From a virus, in the IMG/VR virus record IMGVR_UViG_3300033407_000013: a DNA stretch of 59,268 nt. One strand, 5' to 3'. The position numbers and the translations under genes are program-made. The notes beneath the pieces are model-generated. The model saw only the letters and a program-made list of their open reading frames with translations. It had not been told where the DNA came from and searched no databases. This document shows, piece by piece, positions 25,858 to 32,581 of this stretch (the stretch's first letter is position 1; every line of letters begins with the position of its first letter).

Positions 25858-25901
25858 TCGGAGCTTCTCCCGATGTCGTGGCGGGGCGAAGCTGGCTCGG
25901 A

Positions 25902-26219
25902 TCAGCCGCCGCGGCCGGCCTGCGCCAGCACGAGGGCGCCCATGCGGAGCGCGCCGAGGAGGAGGCCGCGCCACTCGATGCCGGCCGCGTCTGCGCCCTC
26001 CCCGATCACGAGGCCGGCCTTCAAGGCCATGTTGTCGCGCGCGGCGATGAGGAACTCGTCGAAGCCGGGCTCGCCGTTCTCCAGGATGGCCGCGGCGCGG
26101 CTGCTGCGCTCGGCCGCGTAGGTCGCGAGCTCCTCGCGCTTCTCTTCGGCCAACCCACCAAGGCGGCCGGCCGCCTCGTCGAGCATCTTGCCGAACTCGT
26201 CGCGGATGTCGATCCTCAT
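25902..26219 (-). CDS. Hypothetical protein (105 aa) with a hydrophobic C-terminus
   Basis: MRIDIRDEFGKMLDEAAGRLGG...GLLLGALRMGALVLAQAG. The start overlaps the upstream stop region. Confidence 0.45.
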   Translation of the reverse strand: MRIDIRDEFGKMLDEAAGRLGGLAEEKREELATYAAERSSRAAAILENGEPGFDEFLIAARDNMALKAGLVIGEGADAAGIEWRGLLLGALRMGALVLAQAGRGG

Positions 26220-26662
26220 AGGTCGGTCCCCTGCAGCGACACGATCGTCGCGGTGAAGTTGATGGCCCGCTCGGTGAGCTCGTCGGCGACGGTCGGGCCG
26301 ATCATCCCTTCGCCGAGCTTGGTCTGGATTCCTCGGTCGGCCCACGGGCGCATGACCGTCGACCACGGAACTCCGCGCAGCGCAGCCGAATCCTTCGCCG
26401 CGAGCGCTGCGCCGAGTGCATCGCCTTGGGCGCGCAGGCTGTTGGCGGCTCCGGGCAGGAGGTCACCCTCGCTCTCGCCGTCCACGATGCCGTGCAGGTA
26501 GTCGCCGCGCACGCCGGGCCATGCGAGCTCGGCCGCGGGAAACTGCGCGGCCTGCTTGACGCCGTCGACCTTCTCCTGTGATCGGCACGCGACGTTGCTG
26601 CCGGCCATTCCGAGAAGCCCGACCACCAGGCCGAGCGAGAGTAGGGACTGGAGGAGTCTCAT
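26216..26662 (-). CDS. Exported protein (signal peptide, possible lipobox)
   Basis: MRLLQSLLSLGLVVGLLGMAGSNVAC... The start is preceded by CGAAGAAAGCAACCG, a 1-mismatch copy of the conserved initiation motif. Confidence 0.55.
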   Translation of the reverse strand: MRLLQSLLSLGLVVGLLGMAGSNVACRSQEKVDGVKQAAQFPAAELAWPGVRGDYLHGIVDGESEGDLLPGAANSLRAQGDALGAALAAKDSAALRGVPWSTVMRPWADRGIQTKLGEGMIGPTVADELTERAINFTATIVSLQGTDL

Positions 26663-26904
26663 CGGTTGCTTTCTTCGGGTGAAGCCGGCGGCGCCGGCGG
26701 GGGGGCGGCGCGTTCGATCTTGGCCCGCTCCTTGCCCACGTCGGCGAGCGCCTGCCCCCCGACGTACGCGAGCAGCGGCCCGACCACGAACGCGATCTGC
26801 CCGTAGTCCATGCCCCGCTCGAGGCCGAGGAACGCGACGACGGACGCGAGGGCCGCCGCCAGGAACTTCTTCGACTCTAGGATCGGCAGGACCGGGATCT
26901 GCAT
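26659..26904 (-). CDS. Holin-like small membrane protein (2 TMD, charged C-terminus)
   Basis: 81 aa: ...FLAAALASVVAFLGL...IAFVVGPLLAYVGGQAL...KERAKIERAAPPP. GGAG lies upstream of the ATG. Confidence 0.45.
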   Translation of the reverse strand: MQIPVLPILESKKFLAAALASVVAFLGLERGMDYGQIAFVVGPLLAYVGGQALADVGKERAKIERAAPPPAPPASPEESNR

Positions 26905-27128
26905 CGCCTCTCCATACCGAACACCACGGCGGCAAACAAGCCCACACCGGCCGAGAGCTCGACCAGAGCCCACCGCCAGTGCACCAGCAGCAGAAGCGCC
27001 CAGAAACCAACCGCGAAGGCCAGGACGGCGGCAGCCACCAGGACCCCCCACAGGGTCACGCGCTGGACTACGCCAGGCGTCGGCGTCGGCCGACGTCCGA
27101 ATCCCAGGTCAGTGCCGTTGAGTCGCAT
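26877..27128 (-). CDS. Holin/antiholin-like small membrane protein
   Basis: 83 aa with hydrophobic spans LWGVLVAAAVLAFAVGFWALLLLV and LSAGVGLFAAVVFG and a basic tail. The start overlaps the GGDEF gene stop (TGATG). Confidence 0.4.
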   Translation of the reverse strand: MRLNGTDLGFGRRPTPTPGVVQRVTLWGVLVAAAVLAFAVGFWALLLLVHWRWALVELSAGVGLFAAVVFGMERRCRSRSCRS

Positions 27129-27682
27129 CAGAGCTTTGCCAGGGTTGCGGCTCTCTCGGTCGGAACACCGAGCTCGATCTTACGCGCGTGCTTCCGCTCG
27201 GTCACTCCTCGATCGGCCGCGCGGAAGCGGCGGACGAAGTCGCATCCAGGACTCCACACCCCCACGCCGCCCGAGATGAACACGGGCGCCGAGGGACCCA
27301 GGTAGCGCAGGCCGACGGCCATCTCGATTCGATCTCGAACGGCTCGCGCGTCTCCAAGTGTAGCGCCGGGCAGGAGCACGACGAACTCGTCGCCCCCGAT
27401 GCGGTAGACCGAGTCGGCCTCCTCGCGCACGAGACCCGAGACGACGACCAGGAGCTCATCGGCCCCCTGCATTCCGAGCACGACGTTCGCCGCCTTGAGG
27501 TTGGCGACATCGAGCACAACGAAGCCGAACCGACGGCGGCGGCGGCGCAGGCGCCCGGTGACTTCCAGCCAGCGCAGGCGGTTCCAGCATCCGGTCAGCA
27601 CGTCGGTCTGCGCCTCGCGTTGGAGCCTGCGGATCGCGAAGAGGGCACCCCACAGGGTCCACAGCAGGAAGGCTTCGAACAT
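27128..27682 (-). CDS. Membrane-anchored GGDEF-domain diguanylate cyclase
   Basis: N-terminal TMD FEAFLLWTLWGALFAI. Then DVLTGCWNR, VVLDVANLKAANVVLGMQGADELL, YRIGGDEFVVLLPG, FISGGVGV and AADRGVTERKHARK align position by position with the PF00990 / PleD catalytic residues. Confidence 0.85.
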   Translation of the reverse strand: MFEAFLLWTLWGALFAIRRLQREAQTDVLTGCWNRLRWLEVTGRLRRRRRRFGFVVLDVANLKAANVVLGMQGADELLVVVSGLVREEADSVYRIGGDEFVVLLPGATLGDARAVRDRIEMAVGLRYLGPSAPVFISGGVGVWSPGCDFVRRFRAADRGVTERKHARKIELGVPTERAATLAKL

Positions 27683-27710
27683 GTCCCCACTGATCGGCAG
27701 GCGGAGCGGC

Positions 27711-28139
27711 CTAGCTTGAGCCTCGGACCTCGAGCTCGTACGCGTCCGGCGGCGCTGGCGGGAAGTCGATCACGTGGCACTCGCCCACGCGAGACGTGCG
27801 ACGCACGGCCCCCTCGTGGATCTGCGGTCTCGGAATCCTCCTGGTGATCTCGATTAGATACGACTGCGCCGGCGCGAAAACGAGCGGCTCGACGCCAGGC
27901 ACAGCGCGCTCCGAGAGTTTGTGTTTCTGCGCGAGCCGGCCAAAGCCGTAGTTTCCGAAGATCCGCTGCATGGCGGCTGCTGGACTCAGCTCGGGCTCGC
28001 TCCTGCCTTGCGGGATCCAGAGCACGAGCTCGGGCGGCTCGACGTCGTCGAAGCACACGAAACCTTCGGAGATCACGAGGATGGGATCGCGATAGAACGC
28101 CGCATCGCGGCACCGCACGTAGACCGGGACCATGCTCAT
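27711..28139 (-). CDS. Hypothetical protein (142 aa)
   Basis: GAGG lies 7 nt upstream of the ATG. No family recognised. Confidence 0.5.
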   Translation of the reverse strand: MSMVPVYVRCRDAAFYRDPILVISEGFVCFDDVEPPELVLWIPQGRSEPELSPAAAMQRIFGNYGFGRLAQKHKLSERAVPGVEPLVFAPAQSYLIEITRRIPRPQIHEGAVRRTSRVGECHVIDFPPAPPDAYELEVRGSS

Positions 28140-28148
28140 ACCGTAACC

Positions 28149-28445
28149 TCACGCATCACCGGCAGCTCCGTCGTCGTCGTAGGAATCGAGTGCGCCCTCT
28201 TCCACGACGACCTGAACATGTGGGATTGTCCTCAGCAGCAGGCGGCCCAGTGGATGGCCCGGCACCAGTTGGCCGCCGAACCGATGCTCGTTCCCCCACC
28301 AGACGCACTCCCAGTGCGTCCCGCCGCAGCCTACCCCCATCGCGCGGATCAGGTCGGCCTTCACGCCGCAACAATCGTCGCCGAGCTCGAACGGGCAGGG
28401 CGTGTAGCCGTGCTGTCGCTCGAAGTCAGTCAGCGGGCGGGGCAT
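28149..28445 (-). CDS. Cys-rich hypothetical protein (98 aa)
   Basis: ...YTPCPFELGDDCCGVKADLIRAMGVGCGGTHWECVWWG... with an acidic tail. Confidence 0.45.
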   Translation of the reverse strand: MPRPLTDFERQHGYTPCPFELGDDCCGVKADLIRAMGVGCGGTHWECVWWGNEHRFGGQLVPGHPLGRLLLRTIPHVQVVVEEGALDSYDDDGAAGDA

Positions 28446-28749
28446 GGGTTCGGCGCGCTCGCGCGTTCGGGTGCATCGTGCGGTCGATTCGCTCGGTGAG
28501 CACGTCGACCGACTTCTCGATCGCCTCGAGCCGCACGCGGTAGGTCGACTGGATCGCGCCGGCTTCGGCCGCGTTGTCGAGCCTCGCGCTGCGGGTCGCG
28601 ACGTACACGGCGAGGACAGCGGCCCACGCCGGCGCGCCGTTCCACTCGAGCAGGACGAGCGTCACGAGCAGCACGACCGCGTCGACGACCAGGCGCAGCT
28701 TCCACGCTTGCAGCCGTTGCTTGAGCTCCCATAGCCTCGGGCCCGTCAT
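28426..28749 (-). CDS. Membrane protein (2 TMD, 107 aa)
   Basis: LRLVVDAVVLLVTLVLLEW and APAWAAVLAVYVATRS. ATGA overlap with the upstream gene. Confidence 0.5.
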   Translation of the reverse strand: MTGPRLWELKQRLQAWKLRLVVDAVVLLVTLVLLEWNGAPAWAAVLAVYVATRSARLDNAAEAGAIQSTYRVRLEAIEKSVDVLTERIDRTMHPNARARRTHAPPAD

Positions 28750-29294
28750 CCGCCGCGCTCCTTCCGCGCACGGCCTTCCGCGACGAGCTGCTGCTCGACC
28801 TCGAGGATGCGCCGGTAGAACTGCGCCTGCAGCTCGGCGTCAACGACGCGCACGTCCGGCCCGCCCTCGTCCTTCGAGAACGAGGCCGTGTAATGCTCGA
28901 TCGCCTTCGTCTTATCCCCGTCGAACATGGGCGGCATCTCGACGCCGCCTTGCGGGCTGTCCCAGTAGCGCTCGACGAATCCGACGGCGAGTTCGTGCGC
29001 GCGTTCCTTGGTCATGTCGACGAAGATACGATCCCCGATGTTCGGCACGTGCCAGAGCGCCGGAATGTCGGACCCCCAGTGCGCGTGCTGCAACGGAATC
29101 GACTCGGCTTCGGCGATCTCGTCATCGCCATCGACGCGCGCGCCGACTATGAACGGCGCCACGCCGTCCCGGCTGGTCTCGACGGTCTTGCCGTTGTTCG
29201 AGACGTACTTCATCAGCATGAACGCCTCGGGATGCCGGAACGGACGACGCTCATCCTGGATGGGCCTCGACTCTTTCGTGGGGCGGATCTTCAT
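28746..29294 (-). CDS. Hypothetical protein (about 182 aa, start uncertain)
   Basis: Third-position GC rises sharply only downstream of ATG 29294. The 28 codons from ATG 29378 overlap a terminator and look non-coding. Confidence 0.45.
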   Translation of the reverse strand: MKIRPTKESRPIQDERRPFRHPEAFMLMKYVSNNGKTVETSRDGVAPFIVGARVDGDDEIAEAESIPLQHAHWGSDIPALWHVPNIGDRIFVDMTKERAHELAVGFVERYWDSPQGGVEMPPMFDGDKTKAIEHYTASFSKDEGGPDVRVVDAELQAQFYRRILEVEQQLVAEGRARKERGG

Positions 29295-29320
29295 GCCGGA
29301 AGGATACCCTGGGTTCGCCG

Positions 29321-29363
29321 AAAAAGCAAATCGCGGGCCGCCCTCATGGCTTGGACGGCCCGC
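29321..29363 (-). terminator. Intrinsic terminator after the beta-helix gene
   Basis: Minus strand GCGGGCCG-(15 nt)-CGGCCCGC is followed directly by GATTTGCTTTTTCGG. This is the best canonical hairpin plus T-tract in the window. Confidence 0.65.
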
Positions 29364-29387
29364 GACGCGGTGCGGCATTCCCTCCGA

Positions 29388-31100
29388 TCACTGGAAGACC
29401 GGAACATGATCCCGCCGCACCGCACACGCCGTCTCGGTCTTCGGTGCACCGGACAGCCTGCTCTTGTCGTAGGGCAGCGCCTTGTTCGGACTGCCCGGAT
29501 CCCACGTGAGCAAGTCGAGCTCGCGCAGGTAGTCCTCGGTCTCCTGACCGTAGATCACGAGCTCGCCGAGCAAGATCCCGTTCACGCCCATGTTCCACGG
29601 GTCGTCGATCGACACCTCGGCGTTGTTCGACGCGATCTCGTTCCCCGGGTAGAAGTGCACCACTTCGGCAGCCGAGAGCGAGACCGCTCCGCGCTTCGCC
29701 GCGCGGCCCGCGCCCACGTTGGTGAACGTGTTCCCGTACACGTGGACGTTCCGGATCGGATGCCCCCCCGCATTCAGCCAGTTACGCGCGGCCCCCTGCC
29801 CGCTGATCGTGAGGCAGGCGTACCGCGCATCGGTGATTCGGTTCCCGAACACGTAGACGTCGGACTCGGGGCCCACCCAGGACGTGAGGCAGCCTCCACC
29901 GTCCTCGGTCTCGCCGCCGCTCCCGTGCGTCCACCCGTAGCCGTCGGCGAAGTTGTAGGCGATGACGATCGGGCCGCGCGGCCGCGGGTTGTCACCGGCC
30001 TGCGGGCGGACCTGGAAGCCGGTTCGGTTCCCGCCCAGCAGGTTGTTCTCGACGATCCACGTGCCGCCGCCGTTCTCCGGATCGCCGACGCAGCTCTTGA
30101 GGTAGCCGGAATGCTCGCGCACGAGCGTGCCTGGGTCGCCGGGCTTCTCGCCGCGGAACTGGTGCCGACGCCACACGAGCGTGTGCCACTGGTCGATGTG
30201 CATCCCGCTCGCGTGGAGGATCGTCGGCCCGAAGCTCTTGCTCGGGAGCCACCAGCACCCATCGATGATCAGCGTCCCAACGCCGCTGTTCGCACGGATG
30301 ATGAACGAGTCCTCCGGCCCGCGCAGCCCGACGTTGAACGCGGCAACGTAGGAGCCGTAGCCCCACTGCGTCCCCCACCCGAGGCCAACTTCGCACTCGT
30401 CGTCGAGGCCGACGATCTCCACCTGCAAGTCGAGCGACCACGTGTCGCCGACGCGGCGCGTTATCGAGTGGCCCGAGTCGGGGTTCCACATGCCGCCGAT
30501 CGCGAAGCGCCCGCCGTCGTCCCACACGCCGAACGTGATCGGCTTCACGTGACCCGCTTCGATCGAGGCGAGGTACGCGTCGTGCGGGTTCGCTTCGGCC
30601 GGAAGCCCGCGCGTCGACGTGAACACGCCGCCGGCGATCGTCCACTCGCAGTCGGCCAGGTCGGGGACATCGTACTCGGGGATCGGAGGCGCGTCGAAGG
30701 GCAGCGGATCGGGCCACGCGCCGCGGCGCGACGGATCATCGTCCGGAGGTTCGCGGTCAGGGGGATCTCGGTCCGGCGGATCATCGTCCGGCGGATCATC
30801 GTCCGGCGGTTCGCGGTCGGGCGGGTCGTCCGGTGGATCGACGGGACGATGACCGAGCACCAGCTCGAGCAGCTCGCGCTCGGCACGCGCGACGGCCTGA
30901 CGCGCCTCCTGCAGGGCGGCCATGACCGAACGGATGCGCTGCACTTCGGCATCCGTCCACACGCGCTCCGGCGCGTCGTTAGGCGGCAGGATGGGGCGCG
31001 CCCTCTCGTCGACCGGGGAACGCTCTCGGATGCGCTCCTGCGCGACGGTCAGCGCGGGGACGCACAGCATCGCGAGCACGAGCAACAGCAGTCGGTGCAT
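29388..31100 (-). CDS. Secreted right-handed beta-helix (pectate-lyase-fold-like) protein with an Asp/Pro repeat linker
   Basis: Signal peptide MHRLLLLVLAMLCVPALTVAQE with AAGGAG 5 nt upstream of the ATG. The linker PPDDPPDREPPDDDPPDDDPPDRDPPDREPPDDDP follows. PbH1-like turns include NNLLGGNRTGFQV, VFGNRITDARYACLTISG and VHVYGNTFTNVG. Confidence 0.65.
   Translation of the reverse strand: MHRLLLLVLAMLCVPALTVAQERIRERSPVDERARPILPPNDAPERVWTDAEVQRIRSVMAALQEARQAVARAERELLELVLGHRPVDPPDDPPDREPPDDDPPDDDPPDRDPPDREPPDDDPSRRGAWPDPLPFDAPPIPEYDVPDLADCEWTIAGGVFTSTRGLPAEANPHDAYLASIEAGHVKPITFGVWDDGGRFAIGGMWNPDSGHSITRRVGDTWSLDLQVEIVGLDDECEVGLGWGTQWGYGSYVAAFNVGLRGPEDSFIIRANSGVGTLIIDGCWWLPSKSFGPTILHASGMHIDQWHTLVWRRHQFRGEKPGDPGTLVREHSGYLKSCVGDPENGGGTWIVENNLLGGNRTGFQVRPQAGDNPRPRGPIVIAYNFADGYGWTHGSGGETEDGGGCLTSWVGPESDVYVFGNRITDARYACLTISGQGAARNWLNAGGHPIRNVHVYGNTFTNVGAGRAAKRGAVSLSAAEVVHFYPGNEIASNNAEVSIDDPWNMGVNGILLGELVIYGQETEDYLRELDLLTWDPGSPNKALPYDKSRLSGAPKTETACAVRRDHVPVFQ
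30729..30845. repeat. Imperfect 15-bp-type tandem repeats encoding the (PPDDx) Asp/Pro linker
   Basis: Plus strand ...GGCGGATCATCGTCCGGCGGATCATCGTCCGGCGGTTCGCGGTC... Confidence 0.8.
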
Positions 31101-31163
31101 GGCAACTCCTTCGGAGGGGTGCCGGGGGGTCACCCTCAGCCTGCCAAAGCCCGGGCCGCCTCG

Positions 31164-31535
31164 CTACCCGGATCGGTCGCGGCGCAGCGCGACGTTCTCC
31201 AGGCCCATCTCCCGGAGCCTCTGGGCGTCCTTGCGCAGCCCCAACACCTGCGCCTTCGAGACGACCGACTTCACCGACCGGCCGAGCTCGCCGGCGATGG
31301 CTCGCGCGGATCGAGTCGGGTAGGCCGCGCGCAGCCTCTCGATCTCCTGCTCGGTCCACCGCGGCATCCGCTGGCCGGGGAACCGTCGCTTGTCCTTCGC
31401 GAGCGCGAGCTCGCCGGCCCTCGACGCAACGTCAAACGCCGAGCACCCGAGACGCTCGGCAATCCAGTCGTCGGCCCGCGACCCGTAGGTCCGCCGGAGA
31501 AGAGCCAGGTCGTCCAGCGACCACCGATGCAGCAT
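31164..31535 (-). CDS. DNA-binding protein with two repeated HTH-like units
   Basis: WSLDDLALLRRTYGSRADDWIAERLGCSAFDVASRAGELAL and WTEQEIERLRAAYPTRSARAIAGELGRSVKSVVSKAQVLGL are two copies of one motif. Confidence 0.55.
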   Translation of the reverse strand: MLHRWSLDDLALLRRTYGSRADDWIAERLGCSAFDVASRAGELALAKDKRRFPGQRMPRWTEQEIERLRAAYPTRSARAIAGELGRSVKSVVSKAQVLGLRKDAQRLREMGLENVALRRDRSG

Positions 31536-31541
31536 GGGGGC

Positions 31542-31676
31542 CTAGGCGGCGCCCAGCCCCAGCTCCCGCAGCATCGCGTACAGCCTGCCGAGGCCCCAGG
31601 CCACGGCCGAGCAGAAACCGAGCAGGACGAGGAGGTAGGGCGGGCAGTTACGGAGGAAATTGGCGGCTTGCTTCAT
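31542..31676 (-). CDS. Unlisted 44-aa single-TMD ORF
   Basis: My translation is MKQAANFLRNCPPYLLVLLGFCSAVAWGLGRLYAMLRELGLGAA. The ATG forms an ATGA overlap with the XRE gene stop. It falls below the ORF-track size cut-off. Confidence 0.35.
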   Translation of the reverse strand: MKQAANFLRNCPPYLLVLLGFCSAVAWGLGRLYAMLRELGLGAA

Positions 31677-32215
31677 GGCACCCCCTGTATCGGCCACGCC
31701 CGGCACGTAGCCGTAGGGGTTTTGGGGGATCCTGCCCAGACCGTACCCCAGTTCGAGACGCCCCGCAAGCAGCAGGGCCTCCCCGCCTGTAGACCGCCTG
31801 AGAGGCCCCTGTGACGCACGCGGCGGTCAGGATGGGGGATCAAGGCGCGCCGGCGGGCCTGCGCGCGAGAGGGCCGCAGAGAGCCCGCGGAGCGGGCTGA
31901 TTCCCAGTAGGACCGTAGGCGGTCGTCCGAAGCCTCGCCCGACTCCATCTGCCGGAGCCACCAGGCCGTCACCCCGAGCAAGCGGGCGAAGTCGGCAGCC
32001 GAGGCGCCGGCGCGCCGGCGCAGAATGAACGACACCTCGCGGAAGGCGAGGCGGCCGACGGCGACTCGCGGCCCCTCCTCCTCGTCGCGCTCCCAGCGGT
32101 TGTAGCGGTACAGAGTGACGCCGCAGGCCGCGGCCGCACCCTCGAGCGTCAGCCCTTCGCGCCGGCGCTGCATCAGCAGCCGCTCTCCGTTCGTGAGCTC
32201 CTTCGCAGTGATCAT
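31673..32215 (-). CDS. XRE-family regulator with two HTH units (C-terminal ~90 aa doubtful)
   Basis: LTNGERLLMQRRREGLTLEGAAAACGVTLYRYNRWERDEE and FILRRRAGASAADFARLLGVTAWWLRQMESGE. The tail is Arg/Gly/Pro-rich and overlaps short direct repeats. Confidence 0.55.
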   Translation of the reverse strand: MITAKELTNGERLLMQRRREGLTLEGAAAACGVTLYRYNRWERDEEEGPRVAVGRLAFREVSFILRRRAGASAADFARLLGVTAWWLRQMESGEASDDRLRSYWESARSAGSLRPSRAQARRRALIPHPDRRVRHRGLSGGLQAGRPCCLRGVSNWGTVWAGSPKTPTATCRAWPIQGVP

Positions 32216-32237
32216 GCTCGCCCATCCTAGGACAAGT

Positions 32238-32270
32238 GCGGGCTCTCGACCACGACGACCGAGAGCCCGC
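32238..32270 (-). terminator. Perfect 11-bp stem-loop between the tail operon and the XRE gene
   Basis: GCGGGCTCTCG-(11 nt)-CGAGAGCCCGC, followed on the minus strand by ACTTGTCC. Confidence 0.45.
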
Positions 32271-32314
32271 GGGGAGACGACGGGGGCCGAAGGAAGCGGC
32301 ACCCCCGCGCCTGC

Positions 32315-32581
32315 TCAACGCGGCGGCACCTGCAGCTCGGGATTGAGGTCCTGGAGCCGCTGAATGAATCGGTCGAACTCCGACCGGCGAAGCAGCTCAG
32401 TCCGGATCGTCTCGTCAAGCCGCTGGACGGCGACGGTGTTGTTGTTGATCGCCGCCTGGGTGGAGGACGTGATCTGCGCGACGCGCCAGACGGAGGCGGC
32501 GACGAAGGTGACGGCTACCACGACGGCAGAGACCGGGATTAACATCCGGCGGATGTCAACGACCGAAGGGGTGTTGTTCAC
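32315..32581 (-). CDS. Type-II membrane protein with a coiled-coil ectodomain (88 aa)
   Basis: The GTG start is in a GTGA overlap with the gpJ-like stop. TMD LIPVSAVVVAVTFVAASVW is followed by ...VQRLDETIRTELLRRSEFDRFIQRLQDL. Confidence 0.45.
   Translation of the reverse strand: MNNTPSVVDIRRMLIPVSAVVVAVTFVAASVWRVAQITSSTQAAINNNTVAVQRLDETIRTELLRRSEFDRFIQRLQDLNPELQVPPR

Noticed and set aside
27711-28139. RRIPR...RTSRVG in the 142-aa neighbour of the GGDEF gene, as a possible PilZ-type c-di-GMP receptor (RxxxR ... D/NxSxxG).
   Set aside because: The spacing is only about 10 residues instead of 20-30, and the first position of the second motif is Arg rather than Asp/Asn. This is not enough to call PilZ.
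28893-31814. Very long plus-strand ORFs, e.g. 28893..31814 (973 aa), 53864..56254 (796 aa), 36581..38551 (656 aa), 44737..46503 (588 aa) and 14222..15805 (527 aa).
   Set aside because: They lie antisense to minus-strand genes that have clear family motifs. Their products are Arg/Gly/Pro/Leu-rich low-complexity sequence, as expected from stop-poor antisense frames in high-GC DNA. They lack SD sites and coupling. I treat them as artefacts.
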